DNA of 64,000 nt, from the NCBI GenBank assembly GCA_963794405.1, contig CAWCDP010000007.1, forward strand, positions 156,067 through 220,066, written 5' to 3'. The position numbers and the translations under genes were made by a program. Below the pieces are notes generated by a model. That model had not been told where the DNA came from. It saw only the letters and a program-made list of their open reading frames with translations, and searched no databases. Source of the stretch: an uncultured Actinomycetota bacterium. GTDB taxonomy: Bacteria > Actinomycetota > Actinomycetes > Propionibacteriales > Propionibacteriaceae. Numbering within the stretch: position 1 is the stretch's first letter; each line of letters begins with the position of its first letter. Of the stretch, positions 38,410 to 50,905 are shown one piece after another.

Positions 38410-39048
38410 ATGGGGGCCGTGTACCTGATGCGTGTCGCGCTGCCCGATCGCCCCGGCTCGCTCGGCGCGGTCGCGAGCGCCATGGGCAGCGTCGGGGGTG
38501 ACATCAACGCGGTCGAGATCGTCGAGAAGGGCAGCAACGGTGTCGTCGTCGACGACTTCATCGTCGACCTGCCGCCGGGTCGATTGCCCGAGACCATCAT
38601 CACCGCCTGCCACCGGTTGGAGGGGGTGCGGGTCGAGTGGATCTCGCGCTACCCCGAGGGCGGGGGCCTGCAGTCCGATCTCGAGGCCCTGGAGCGGATG
38701 ACCGCCGATCCGGCCAGTGCCGCCGAGACGCTCGTGTCGCTGAGCCCGGTGGTGTTCCGGTCGCACTGGTCGGTGCTGCTCGAGGTCACCGGCGACCAGG
38801 TCACCAGCCTGGCCGCGACCACCCTGGCCCCCGATTTCGACTCCAGCAACGCGGGACCGCTCGCGCCCTTCGACAAGACCCACCGGATCGAGCTGGACTC
38901 CGGCTGGCTCCCCGGCTGGGCGGACTCGACAGTCGTCGTGGTGCCGCTGACGCGCGACCGGGTGATCGCCATCGGTCGCCTGGGTGGGCCTGCCTTCCTC
39001 GATTCCGAGATAGCCCGCCTGCACCACCTGGCCGCGCTGATCAAGTAG
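38410..39048 (+). CDS. ACT domain protein (amino-acid-binding regulatory fold)
   Basis: YLMRVALPDRPGSLGAVASAMGSVGGDI resembles the ACT protein found beside gatC/ligA in mycobacteria. The start may instead be GTG 38419 or ATG 38428. Confidence 0.75.
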   Translation: MGAVYLMRVALPDRPGSLGAVASAMGSVGGDINAVEIVEKGSNGVVVDDFIVDLPPGRLPETIITACHRLEGVRVEWISRYPEGGGLQSDLEALERMTADPASAAETLVSLSPVVFRSHWSVLLEVTGDQVTSLAATTLAPDFDSSNAGPLAPFDKTHRIELDSGWLPGWADSTVVVVPLTRDRVIAIGRLGGPAFLDSEIARLHHLAALIK

Positions 39049-39107
39049 CGCCCCGACGACTGGCCTGCAGCGCTGGGTGGCCTGCCCCGATGACGTAGCC
39101 TGCCCCG

Positions 39108-39611
39108 ATGACCTGGGGGGTGCTGTTCGCCTGGCTCACCTCCGTCGCGCTCGGAGTCGTCTCAGCGATCATCCCGGTGATCAACGCCGAGGTCTACGTG
39201 CTCGTCTCCCAGGTCTCCGCCGTCGCCGGGTTGGTGCCGGTGGCCGTCGGTGTCGCCGTCGGGCAGACCATCGGCAAGTGCCTGCTGTTCGTCGGCGTGC
39301 GGCGCGGCCGTCAGTTCCGTTTCGTCCGACAGCACCGGGCGAAGGTGCGCTCCGAGCCCAGGGGTCGGGTGCGTCAGGCCTGGCACAACACCCTCCAGCT
39401 CCTCTTGCGGCTGGTCGGGACCAAGCGCTGGGGTCTGCCGATCACCCTGCTGGCCGCAGTGGTCGGCTTCCCTCCGCTGTACGCGGTCGCGCTGCTCGCC
39501 GGGGCGACGACGATGAAGCTGCGCTACTTCGCCCCGGTCGTGCTGGTCGGGCGGATCACCCGGTTCCTGCTGGTCGCGTACGGCGTGGGGATCCTGCCGT
39601 GGTGGTCCTGA
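39108..39611 (+). CDS. hypothetical integral membrane protein
   Basis: 167 aa with about four hydrophobic helices. I do not recognise a family. Confidence 0.5.
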   Translation: MTWGVLFAWLTSVALGVVSAIIPVINAEVYVLVSQVSAVAGLVPVAVGVAVGQTIGKCLLFVGVRRGRQFRFVRQHRAKVRSEPRGRVRQAWHNTLQLLLRLVGTKRWGLPITLLAAVVGFPPLYAVALLAGATTMKLRYFAPVVLVGRITRFLLVAYGVGILPWWS

Positions 39612-39630
39612 TCCCCCTGCCGGCGGGGCG

Positions 39631-39864
39631 TCAGCCCTGGGTGCCGATGCCGAAGCCGACGTTGCCGGTCATCAGGTAGTAGACGTACCAACCGAGCAGG
39701 AAGCAGGCGAGCAGAGCGCCGAACAGGGCGAGCCCGACCCAGATCCGCATCCGTCGCTTGGACTTCGTGGTCGGCACCATCCCCGGACCCCACTCGCCGA
39801 GGTTGGGCTGGACCCGCGGCGGCGTACCCGCGTTCAGGTTGAGGTTCGAGAAGACCTTCGGCAC
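39631..39864 (-). CDS. small single-pass membrane protein
   Basis: The C-terminal 49 aa (KSKRRMRIWVGLALFGALLACFLLGWYVYYL) look like a genuine TM anchor. The start is uncertain (GTG 39864 or ATG 39780). Confidence 0.4.
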   Translation of the reverse strand: MPKVFSNLNLNAGTPPRVQPNLGEWGPGMVPTTKSKRRMRIWVGLALFGALLACFLLGWYVYYLMTGNVGFGIGTQG

Positions 39865-39890
39865 GCCGCCAGCGTAGTCGGGCGACGGAC

Positions 39891-42587
<2,697 letters not shown>

Positions 42588-43055
42588 TCAGCGCCGCCAG
42601 AAGCCCTCGTGCACGGCACGGGCCTCGGGCAGCTCGTACGGACCGAGCACCTCGGTCGGCCGCTGGCCGGCGGCGAACACCTCGCGGCACGGCAGCGCGA
42701 GCGTCGGGTTCTCCGGGTCGTCACCGGTCATGGCGGCCAGCTCGGACTCGGCCAGGGCGAAGACCACCTTGCCGATCCCGGCCCAGTAGATCGCTCCCGC
42801 GCACATCGCGCAGGGCTCGGTGCTGGTGTAGAGGACGTAACCCCGTAGGTCGCGGCCGATCGTGGTGCTGGCCAGCCGGACCAGGTTGGACTCCGCGTGG
42901 CCGGTCACGTCGGACTCGGTGACCACGGTGTTCTGGGCGCTCAGCACGACGGTCCCGGCGGCGTCGGCCAGCACCGCGCCGAACGGGTGGTTGCCGGCCT
43001 CACGGGCCAGACGGGCCTGCTCGACGGCCAGATCCAGCCGCGGGTGGTCGCTCAC
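42588..43055 (-). CDS. nucleoside/nucleotide (CDA-fold) deaminase
   Basis: Trimmed to the GTG at 43055 (155 aa). Zinc motifs GHAE and [12 protein letters not shown] overlap with the upstream gene. Confidence 0.85.
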   Translation of the reverse strand: MSDHPRLDLAVEQARLAREAGNHPFGAVLADAAGTVVLSAQNTVVTESDVTGHAESNLVRLASTTIGRDLRGYVLYTSTEPCAMCAGAIYWAGIGKVVFALAESELAAMTGDDPENPTLALPCREVFAAGQRPTEVLGPYELPEARAVHEGFWRR

Positions 43056-43354
43056 GACTGGTCCCCGGACAGGGCGTTCTCGACCCGGCGGACCTTGCTG
43101 TGCAGCATGTCGGTGTGACCCGGGCGGATGTCGGCCTTGAGCACCAGTGACGTCCGCGGTGCGACGGCGGAGACGGCCTCGGTGGCCCGCTTGACCACGT
43201 CCATCACCTCGTCCCACTCGCCCTCGATGGTGGTGAACATCGACGTGGTCTCGTTCGGCAGACCGGACTCACGGACCACGCGGACGGCGGCGGCGACGGC
43301 GTCCCCGACGGACGGATCGCCGCCGGAGGGGGCGACGGAGAAGGCGACCAGCAT
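43052..43354 (-). CDS. MTH1187/YkoF-family thiamine-binding-fold protein
   Basis: 100 aa with [11 protein letters not shown] ... [13 protein letters not shown]. Confidence 0.75.
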   Translation of the reverse strand: MLVAFSVAPSGGDPSVGDAVAAAVRVVRESGLPNETTSMFTTIEGEWDEVMDVVKRATEAVSAVAPRTSLVLKADIRPGHTDMLHSKVRRVENALSGDQS

Positions 43355-43363
43355 GGCGCCAAC

Positions 43364-43999
43364 TTAGCGGGACGCGTCCTGCAGGGCTGCGGCCGCGGTC
43401 CGCAGATCGCTCACCAGGGCCGCATACGCCTCGTCCCGCTCGGCACCGGCCGGGGTGCGCAGGACAGCGGACGGGTGCGCGGTCGCGATCAGGCGCCGGG
43501 GCACCCCGTCGACCTCGGCGTCGATCACCCGCCCACGGTCCTGGGTGAGCCGGAAGTCGTTGCCCAGCAGCGTCTTGGCGGCGATCGCTCCCAGACACAC
43601 GATCAGCTGCGGGCGGACGGCCGCGATCTCGGCGCTCAACCACGGTCGGCAGGCCTTGATGTGCCGCACCTGCGGGGTCTGGTGGATTCGCCGCTTCCCC
43701 CGCAGCTCGAAGCGGAAGTGCTTGACCGCGTTGGTCACGTAGAGCTGCGTTCGGTCGAGGCCCGCCTCGTCGACCGCGTCCTGCAGCAGGCGCCCCGCCG
43801 GCCCGACGAAGGGGATGCCCTCGCGGTCCTCCACGTCGCCCGGCTGCTCACCGACCAGCATCGTGGGCGCGTGCGGGTTGCCGGCCGAGAAGACCGTCTG
43901 GGTCGCCGGCTCGTGCAGCTCACAGCCCGCGCAGTCGACCGCGGCCGCACGCAGCGCGGGCACATCGGCGTCGGTCGGGATCCATTCGACGGCACTCAT
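43364..43999 (-). CDS. udgX: UdgX-type family-4 uracil-DNA glycosylase (covalent uracil-DNA binding subclass)
   Basis: GEQPGDVEDREGIPFVGPAGRLL (family-4 motif A) plus the UdgX-specific loop FELRGKRRIHQTP containing KRRIH, and HPSAVLR. Confidence 0.8.
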   Translation of the reverse strand: MSAVEWIPTDADVPALRAAAVDCAGCELHEPATQTVFSAGNPHAPTMLVGEQPGDVEDREGIPFVGPAGRLLQDAVDEAGLDRTQLYVTNAVKHFRFELRGKRRIHQTPQVRHIKACRPWLSAEIAAVRPQLIVCLGAIAAKTLLGNDFRLTQDRGRVIDAEVDGVPRRLIATAHPSAVLRTPAGAERDEAYAALVSDLRTAAAALQDASR

Positions 44000-44046
44000 C
44001 GCCGGTTGTTCCCCGGTCCTGTCACGCCTGGATGCAGACTGGGCCG

Positions 44047-44895
44047 ATGACGGACGACAGACGACGTGTGCTGGTGACCGGTGCCGCGGGCTACATCGCG
44101 GGGCAGCTGCTGCCGGCGTTCCGTGACCGCTACGACCTCACGCTGGTGGACGTGACCCAGACCCACGCGCGGTCCGGGGTCGAGGTGGAGGGGGTCGAGC
44201 TGCTGGACCTGCTGGACGACCCGACCGACCGGTTCACCGAGCTGTGCCGGGACGTGGACACCGTGGTGCACTGCGGGATGCGGCCACCGTCCGGCACACC
44301 CTCGTACACCGCCGAGCGGGTCAATCTGGACATGACCGCACGCGTCTACGAGGTGGCGGCCGAGTCCGGTGTCCGGCGCGTCGTCTGCACCAGCACGAAC
44401 CAGGCCTCGAAGTGGTACGAGCGTCCGTGGAAGGCCGGTCGACGTGATCGGGTCACGCCGGAGGACTATCCCCGCCCGGACACCTTCTACGGCTGGGCCA
44501 AGACCGCGTACGAGACCCTCGGTTTCCTCTTCGCCACGGGCGAGGTCAGCCGACCGCTGGAGGTGGTGCAGATCCGCATCGTCGCCCCGCGCCCGATCCG
44601 GGCCGAGGCCTTCACCGACCGGCCCCTGGTCGACTACCTGCGCGACATCACCGGCTGGATCAGTGAACGCGATCTGCAGCAGCTCTACCTCCGCTCGATC
44701 GAGGCCGATTCGATCGCCGACGCCGAGGGGGTGCCGTTCCAGATCTTCTACGGGGTCAGCGGTAACGCGCGGACGTTCTGGTCGATCACGAACGCGCGCG
44801 AGGTGATCGGCTACGCGCCCGAGGACGACTCCGAGATCGAGTTCGCCGACGATATCGCGCAGATGGTCCGGCGGGAGTCGGCCCCTCAGTCGTAG
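44047..44895 (+). CDS. NAD-dependent epimerase/dehydratase family protein
   Basis: Rossmann motif VLVTGAAGYIAG a few residues after the ATG at 44047 (an alternative start is at 44032). Confidence 0.8.
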   Translation: MTDDRRRVLVTGAAGYIAGQLLPAFRDRYDLTLVDVTQTHARSGVEVEGVELLDLLDDPTDRFTELCRDVDTVVHCGMRPPSGTPSYTAERVNLDMTARVYEVAAESGVRRVVCTSTNQASKWYERPWKAGRRDRVTPEDYPRPDTFYGWAKTAYETLGFLFATGEVSRPLEVVQIRIVAPRPIRAEAFTDRPLVDYLRDITGWISERDLQQLYLRSIEADSIADAEGVPFQIFYGVSGNARTFWSITNAREVIGYAPEDDSEIEFADDIAQMVRRESAPQS

Positions 44896-45890
44896 AGGCC
44901 CTCGCCGACGATGCCGGCGGCGGTCCGGATCGTCCGCAGGGCGGAGATGGCAGCCGTACGGGAGAAGCCGGCCAACCCACAGGCCGGGGTGACCACCGTG
45001 TGGGTGGACACCTCGGGCGGCAGCTCGAGCCGACGGATCGGCCCGAGCACGGCGCCCGCCACCTGATCGGCCGTGAGAGTCGCGGCCGACGGATCGACGG
45101 TCGGCAGGGCACCGGCGAACAGCCAGTGCCCCTCCTCCAGGGCCGCGCCCAGGGCGTCCCAGTCCGGCGTGGTGAGCAGGCTGACATCCAGAGCCAGACC
45201 GGTGACCCCCGCCGTGGCCAACAGCTGGATCGGTGCGCCGGGCGCACAGCAGTGCACGATCACCGGGGTCTCGCCCAGCCGCTCGATCAGGCTGCTGTAC
45301 GCCGTGCTGACCTCGGGGATGTCCACGGCGCGATGCCGACCGAGCCCACTGGCGGTGGCGATGTCGCCGCCCAGCACGGCCGGCAGCGACGGCTCGTCGA
45401 GCTGCAGGATCAGCCTTGTCGCGGGCAGCCGGCGGGTGAGCTCCGCGACCAGCTCGACGATCCCCTGCTCCAACGACTGGACGACCTCGCGGCGGGCGCC
45501 GGTGTCGGGAAGCACCCGGTCCCCGCGCGGGTGCTCCAAGCCGGCGGCCAGCGTCCAGGGACCGGCGACCGCGATCTTGAGCGGCCCCTCGTAGCCCTGG
45601 GCGATCTCCTCCAGCTGGTCGAGATCGGACCGCAGGGTGGCGACGGCGCGGCGATGGTCGCGGGAGGAGACGTCGGTCAGCCGCCAGCCCGCGGGCTGCA
45701 GATCGATGCCGAGTCCGGTCAACACCGCGGTGCCGCGACCGATCAGCCCGGCGTGCGGACCTCGGGCCGGAAGTTCCGGCAGGTAAGGGAGATCCGGGCA
45801 TTCTGCGAAGGTGATCTTGAGCGCGTCCGCCAGGTCGGTGCCGGGCCAGGAACCGATGCCGGTGGAGACGACGCCGTCGGTCGTGATCAT
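44886..45890 (-). CDS. MetE-C-terminal-like (cobalamin-independent methionine-synthase fold) protein
   Basis: Trimmed to MITTDG at 45890 (334 aa). GSWPGTD ... LDEPSL ... VHCC pattern. Confidence 0.7.
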   Translation of the reverse strand: MITTDGVVSTGIGSWPGTDLADALKITFAECPDLPYLPELPARGPHAGLIGRGTAVLTGLGIDLQPAGWRLTDVSSRDHRRAVATLRSDLDQLEEIAQGYEGPLKIAVAGPWTLAAGLEHPRGDRVLPDTGARREVVQSLEQGIVELVAELTRRLPATRLILQLDEPSLPAVLGGDIATASGLGRHRAVDIPEVSTAYSSLIERLGETPVIVHCCAPGAPIQLLATAGVTGLALDVSLLTTPDWDALGAALEEGHWLFAGALPTVDPSAATLTADQVAGAVLGPIRRLELPPEVSTHTVVTPACGLAGFSRTAAISALRTIRTAAGIVGEGLYD

Positions 45891-45906
45891 GAAAGTCCCC
45901 TGCTGA

Positions 45907-46983
45907 TCATGATGCGGTGGTCTCGGCGATGGTGGCGCTGCCCACGACCTGGGACCCGCGGTAGCTGACCAGGGCCTGACCGGCGGCCACCCCGGCGATC
46001 GGCTCGTCCAGCCGAGCCACGACCCGATCGCCCTCGTACGCGATCTCGGCGGTGACCGGTTCCCCGTGCGCGCGGACCTGGACCTGGCCGCGCCAGCGTC
46101 CGGTGACCGGACGATCGGTCCAGGTCGGCCGGATGCCGGCGATCTCACGGACGAGCAGGGCCTCGCGCGGACCGACGGTGATCGTGTTCGTCACCGGTGA
46201 GATGTCCAGCACGTAGCGGGGCTGCCCGTCCGCCGCCGGGGTGCCGATCCGCAGGCCCTTGCGCTGGCCGACCGTGTAGTGATGGGTCCCCTCGTGCTGT
46301 CCGACGGTGGCCCCCGTCTGGTCGGTGATGGTGCCGGGACGGGACCCGAGGTGGCGGTCCAGGAAGCCTGCCGTGTCCCCGTCGGCGATGAAGCAGATGT
46401 CGTGGCTGTCCGGCTTGTCCGCCACCGCGAGCCCGCGCCGCTCGGCCTCGGCCCGCACCTCGCTCTTCAGCGAGCCGCCCAGCGGGAACAGCGAGTGGGC
46501 CAGCTGGTCCTGGGTGAGCACGCCGAGCACGTACGACTGGTCCTTGTCGTGGTCAACTGCGCGGTGCATCTGGACACCGTCCGGGCCGTCGGTGAGCTGG
46601 GCGTAGTGGCCGGTGCAGACCGCATCGAACCCCAGCGCCAGACCCCGCTGCAGCACGGCGGCGAACTTGATCTTCTCGTTGCAGCGCAGGCACGGGTTGG
46701 GCGTGCGCCCCGCCGCGTACTCGGCCACGAAGTCGTCGACCACGTCGGCGGCGAACTCGTCACTCAGATCCCAGACGTAGAACGGGATCCCCAGCACGTC
46801 CGCGGCCCGCCGCGCGTCGTGCGCGTCCTCCTTGGAGCAGCAGCCCCGGGCGCCGGTGCGGTAGGACTGCGGGTTCTTCGACAGGGCCAGGTGCACGCCG
46901 GTGACATCATGGCCGGCCTCGACCGCGCGCGCCGCAGCAACGGCGGAGTCGACTCCCCCGGACATGGCGGCCAGCACCCGCAT
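45907..46983 (-). CDS. mnmA: tRNA 2-thiouridine(34) synthase
   Basis: [19 protein letters not shown]-loop, NPCLRCN, and the conserved catalytic Cys context. Confidence 0.92.
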   Translation of the reverse strand: MRVLAAMSGGVDSAVAAARAVEAGHDVTGVHLALSKNPQSYRTGARGCCSKEDAHDARRAADVLGIPFYVWDLSDEFAADVVDDFVAEYAAGRTPNPCLRCNEKIKFAAVLQRGLALGFDAVCTGHYAQLTDGPDGVQMHRAVDHDKDQSYVLGVLTQDQLAHSLFPLGGSLKSEVRAEAERRGLAVADKPDSHDICFIADGDTAGFLDRHLGSRPGTITDQTGATVGQHEGTHHYTVGQRKGLRIGTPAADGQPRYVLDISPVTNTITVGPREALLVREIAGIRPTWTDRPVTGRWRGQVQVRAHGEPVTAEIAYEGDRVVARLDEPIAGVAAGQALVSYRGSQVVGSATIAETTAS

Positions 46984-47049
46984 GGACTCCCCCTCACTCG
47001 ACAGCCGCCCAGTCTGTCACGGTTCGTGCGCCCGTTGCCCTGCGCCGCG

Positions 47050-47300
47050 GGGCACGTTCTCGCCACGGACGCGTTTCTGCTTCCGGCACCTCGCCGGGAC
47101 GTGCAATTTCCATCCACGGACGACCCATCCTGCAGTCAGGGCCGCCGGGGCCGTGCAATTTCCATCCACGGACGACTTTTCCCCCTGCCAGGGCCGCGAG
47201 GACGTGCACATTCCATCCACGGACGACTCTTCCTGCTGCCAGGGCCGCCGGGCCGTGCAATTTCCATCCACGGACGACCCATCCGGGGCTGCACTCAGGC
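47050..47300. repeat. tandem array, 5 units of 51-52 bp (left flank of the DUF559 gene)
   Basis: Core GTGCAATTTCCATCCACGGACGAC occurs at 47101, 47153, 47204 (2 mismatches) and 47255. A degenerate unit has CCACGGACG at 47063. Confidence 0.9.
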
Positions 47301-48227
47301 GGCAGTGCGACTTCCGCCGAACGCCTGGCGCCACTCGACCGACGGCTTCCGTCTCGTCGTCGCCAGGCCGCGATCGCGAAGGGCGTTCCTGATGTCCTCC
47401 AACGTCTCCTCCGGCCGATCGAAAACACCTTCGGCCGTGACCAGGATGAAGCGCCAGCCCAGCGCCTCCAGCCTCGTCCGCCGGCGGATGTCCTTGTTCC
47501 ACTGCACCGGGTTCTCGGCATGCTGACGTCCCTCGTACTCGATGGCCAGCAAGATCCCCCGATAGGCCAGCTCGATCCGGGCGTCCCAGCTCCCGTCTTC
47601 GGCCCGCAGGATGACGTTCACCTGAGGTTCCGGGAGCCGAGCCAGGACCATGAGCATGCGAAGTCGCGTCTCCATCACCGAGTCAACGCCGGCCCGGACC
47701 CACCTGGCAGCACGTCGAGCCACTCGGCATCCCGGGCCGCTCCACATGGCGGCAGCGTCGATCAGCTCCTGCTGGCTCGTGCACCCCGCCGCGACGAGTG
47801 AGTCACCGACCGCGACGAGGTCGACGAGTCCGAGCCCGGCGCCAGCCAGATCCAGGAAGACCCGGGTGGGCGGCGCAATAGGAACCCCCGACCGGACCAC
47901 GGTACGCAGCACGGGATCGGCTCGATGGGCCGCGATGCCCCGTCGCTGAGTACGGGACAGAGATCCGGGAGAGCTCACGTGCGTCTCCGCGGTTGTCGGC
48001 GCCCACCCGCCCCACAGCACGGCTGCGGTGTGATGGCTCACGTACGACCCCGAGGGAACGATGAGCATGGCAGCTGCCGCCCGCACCCGGCAGGTCAGCT
48101 GGACGCCGGCCCGTACGTAGATCCCATGGAAGATCCGCTGGTACTGGATTCCCTGCAGCTCTTGATCGCTGAGCGATGACGCCAGAGCGCTACGACGGGT
48201 GAACGGTCGGCTGGTGTCGAGAGACAT
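47295..48227 (-). CDS. AbiEi-like wHTH + DUF559 (Vsr/restriction-endonuclease-fold) protein
   Basis: Trimmed to MSLDTSRPF at 48227 (310 aa). The N-terminus has QRIFHGIYVR. The C-terminus has LAIEYEGRQHAENPVQWNKDIRRRTRLEALGWRFILVT, typical of DUF559. Confidence 0.7.
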   Translation of the reverse strand: MSLDTSRPFTRRSALASSLSDQELQGIQYQRIFHGIYVRAGVQLTCRVRAAAAMLIVPSGSYVSHHTAAVLWGGWAPTTAETHVSSPGSLSRTQRRGIAAHRADPVLRTVVRSGVPIAPPTRVFLDLAGAGLGLVDLVAVGDSLVAAGCTSQQELIDAAAMWSGPGCRVARRAARWVRAGVDSVMETRLRMLMVLARLPEPQVNVILRAEDGSWDARIELAYRGILLAIEYEGRQHAENPVQWNKDIRRRTRLEALGWRFILVTAEGVFDRPEETLEDIRNALRDRGLATTRRKPSVEWRQAFGGSRTAA

Positions 48228-48445
48228 GCTGTCCAGCCTCGAGCCACCTGCGGGGTGATGGAGCACTGTCCCCAGGCGGACGTGTTGTCCGTTCTCCCGC
48301 CGTGTGCACCCGCTGGCTCGACCGTTGTCCGAGCAGGCCAGGTGTTGTCTCACTGCATGCCCGGCGACGTCTCCAGCCTGTCCCTCGAGACCGCAGGGAG
48401 CTTCGCGTGGAACGAGACGGTCTCGCGGACCCCGTCGAAGTCAAA

Positions 48446-48700
48446 GTCGTCCATGGATGGATATTGCCGCCCGCCGTACCCGTCGCCGACCAGAAATCAC
48501 ATCTGCGGATGGAAATTGCAGCCGGCCGGACCCGTACGCGCCCGAACCCACGCCCACGGATGGAAATTACGGCCGGCCGGACCCGTACGCGCCCGAACTC
48601 ACGCCCACGGATGGAAATTACGTCCGGCTGGACCCGTACGCGCCCGAACTCACGCCCATGGATGGAAATTACGGCGAGCCGCACACCTCGACCACCCAGA
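48446..48700. repeat. tandem array, 5 units of 51-52 bp, inverted relative to the 47050-47300 array (right flank)
   Basis: Core GGATGGA(A/T)ATT occurs at 48455, 48507, 48558, 48609 and 48660. Units 3 and 4 are near-identical over 51 bp. Confidence 0.9.
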
Positions 48701-48736
48701 CCCGGGCCAGCCAGGCCCGCGAGCCACCCGAGGAGT

Positions 48737-49903
48737 TCAGCCGGCGACGCCGCCGAACGCCCGGGCGCGGCCCAAGACCTCGGGCAGGGCCGCCGCCAGG
48801 GCGTCGACATCGGCGCGGGTCGAGGTGTGGCCCAAGGAGAAGCGGAGCGCGGACCCCGCCTGCCGCACCGTCCGTCCCAACGCCAAGAGCACGTGGCTCG
48901 GCTCGGCCACGCCGGCCGCGCACGCCGAGCCGGTGGAGCAGTCGATGCCGGCCGCATCCAACAGCAGCAGCAGGGCGTCGGCCGAGCAGCCCGGCAGCTC
49001 CACGTTGAGCACGCCGGGCAGTCGATCGCCCGGGTCGGTGGGACCGTGCACCACGGCCTCCGGCACCGCGGCCAGGACGGCGGCGACCAGAGCGCCGCGG
49101 AGTGACTCCAACCGCACGCGCTCGGATGCCTGCGTCGCCACAGCCAGCGCCAGTGCCGCCGCGAAGCCCGCCACCCCGGCCACGTCCAGCGTGCCGGAGC
49201 GGACGTCGCGCTCCTGACCGCCGCCGTGCTGCACCGACTGCAGCACGATCTCCCGCCGTGCGAGCAGAGCCCCCACCCCGACCGGACCACCGAGCTTGTG
49301 GGCGGTCACCGTCATCAGGTCCAGACCGCTCGCGCCGAAGTCCACCGGCAGGTGCCCGACGGCCTGGACGGCGTCACTGTGGGACCAGGCTCCGGCCCGG
49401 CGGGCGACCTCGGCCATCTCCATGATCGGCTGCACGGTGCCGATCTCGTTGTTGGCCCACATCACCGACACGACTGCCGTACGGTCGTCGACCGCCGCCG
49501 TCAGCTCCTTCAGTCCCACCCGCCCGACCGGGTCGACCGGCAGCTCCACCAGCTCCGCGCCGGCCGAAGAAGCCAACCAGCGAGCCGGATCCAGCACGGC
49601 GTGGTGTTCGACCGAGCTGATCACCACCCGCGAGCGACCGTCGCCCTGACGCGCCCAGAACGAGCCCTTGATCGCCAGGTTGTCGGCCTCCGTGCCACCG
49701 GAGGTGAAGATCACCTCGGCCGGCCGGGCACCGACCAGCTCGGCGACCTGCTCCCGGGACTCCTCGAGGGCCCGGCGGGCCGCACGTCCGGAGGCGTGCA
49801 GCGACGACGGGTTCCCGGTCGCTCCCCAGTGGCGGGACATGGCCTCGACAGCGGCGGCCACCACGGGGGTGGTCGACGCGTGATCGAGATAGGTCCGCTG
49901 CAC
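48737..49903 (-). CDS. iscS: cysteine desulfurase (IscS/NifS class)
   Basis: 388 aa with [30 protein letters not shown]-like ([12 protein letters not shown]) PLP-lysine motif and GSACAAG. Confidence 0.9.
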   Translation of the reverse strand: MQRTYLDHASTTPVVAAAVEAMSRHWGATGNPSSLHASGRAARRALEESREQVAELVGARPAEVIFTSGGTEADNLAIKGSFWARQGDGRSRVVISSVEHHAVLDPARWLASSAGAELVELPVDPVGRVGLKELTAAVDDRTAVVSVMWANNEIGTVQPIMEMAEVARRAGAWSHSDAVQAVGHLPVDFGASGLDLMTVTAHKLGGPVGVGALLARREIVLQSVQHGGGQERDVRSGTLDVAGVAGFAAALALAVATQASERVRLESLRGALVAAVLAAVPEAVVHGPTDPGDRLPGVLNVELPGCSADALLLLLDAAGIDCSTGSACAAGVAEPSHVLLALGRTVRQAGSALRFSLGHTSTRADVDALAAALPEVLGRARAFGGVAG

Positions 49904-49933
49904 GGCGCCATTCTGCCCGGACCTGCCTGGGTC

Positions 49934-50878
49934 TCAGCCCTTCCGCGCCTTGACCTGCTCGGTCGCCGCCGGCAGCACCGTCTGCAGGTCCCCGACCACA
50001 CCGAGGTCGGCCAGCGCGAAGATCGGCGCCTCCGGGTCCTTGTTGACCGCCACGATGGCCTTGGAGGTCTGCATGCCGGCCCGGTGCTGGATGGCTCCGG
50101 AGATGCCGGCGGCCAGGTAGAGCTGCGGCGAGACGGTCTTGCCGGTCTGCCCCACCTGGTAGGCGTGCGGGTACCACCCGGAGTCCACCGCCGCCCGGGA
50201 CGCCCCGACGGCGGCACCCAGCGCATCGGCGAGCGCCTCGACCGCACCGAAGTCGCCGCCGGTGCCGCGTCCACCCGAGACCACGATCGCGGCCTCGGTC
50301 AGCTCGGGTCGGCCGCTGGCCGCCCTCGGCTCGGTCTTCACGACCCGGGCACCCTTCGACGCCTCGGAGATCGTCACCAGCGCCTGCGACACCGCCGCCT
50401 CGGTCGGCGCGGCCTCGGGCGCGACGGCATTCGGCTTCACCGTGACCACCGGAACGCCGTGACCGACCGAGGCCCGGACGGTCCAGTTGCCGGCGAAGAC
50501 CGACTGCGTGGTCGAGCCGTCGGCGGCGACGTCGGTGGCGTCGGTGATCAGGCCCGCCCCGAGCTTCACCGCCAGCCGCCCGGCGATCTCCTTGCCCTCG
50601 GCCGAGGAGGTGATCAACACCGCAGCCGGCGAGCGCTCGGCGACGATCTGGGCGAGGGCCTCGGCCTTGGGCGCGACCAGGTACTCCTCGATGGCCGGAT
50701 CGACCACGGACAGCACCGTGCCGGCCCCGTACTCGCCGAGGGTGGCTGCCACGGCGGCGCCGTCGCCGAAGACGACCGCGACCGGGGAACCGATCCGGCG
50801 GCCCAGGGTCAACAGCTCGAGGGTGGGCTTGGTGACGTGCCCGTCGGCCAGCTCGGCGACGACGACGACATCAGACAT
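49934..50878 (-). CDS. etfA: electron transfer flavoprotein alpha subunit
   Basis: 314 aa with the C-terminal FAD-binding motif [16 protein letters not shown]. Confidence 0.9.
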   Translation of the reverse strand: MSDVVVVAELADGHVTKPTLELLTLGRRIGSPVAVVFGDGAAVAATLGEYGAGTVLSVVDPAIEEYLVAPKAEALAQIVAERSPAAVLITSSAEGKEIAGRLAVKLGAGLITDATDVAADGSTTQSVFAGNWTVRASVGHGVPVVTVKPNAVAPEAAPTEAAVSQALVTISEASKGARVVKTEPRAASGRPELTEAAIVVSGGRGTGGDFGAVEALADALGAAVGASRAAVDSGWYPHAYQVGQTGKTVSPQLYLAAGISGAIQHRAGMQTSKAIVAVNKDPEAPIFALADLGVVGDLQTVLPAATEQVKARKG

Positions 50879-50905
50879 GTTCGACTACCTCTCGCGTGCG
50901 ATGGA

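Noticed and set aside
47050-48700. The possibility that the 51-bp periodic arrays are CRISPR arrays
   Set aside because: The variable parts are only about 16-18 bp and are themselves partly conserved (CTGCCAGGGC). In the right array whole 51-bp units are near-identical. No cas genes are nearby. These are tandem repeats and not repeat-spacer arrays.
46984-48736. A classical IS element, prophage remnant or integrative element at the desulfurase-mnmA insertion
   Set aside because: There is no transposase, integrase or recombinase ORF and no tRNA target, and I could not identify simple terminal inverted repeats or target-site duplications by eye. Only the array-type inverted flanks are present, so I report it as an unexplained cassette and not as a called mobile element.
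48190-49290. ORFs reading through the right-hand array on either strand (for example 48255..49217 with HAHGWKLRPAGPVRAR repeats, and 48190..49290)
   Set aside because: Their repetitive peptides are a consequence of the 51-bp (17-codon) period. They overlap the cysteine desulfurase gene antisense or out of frame and have no start context.
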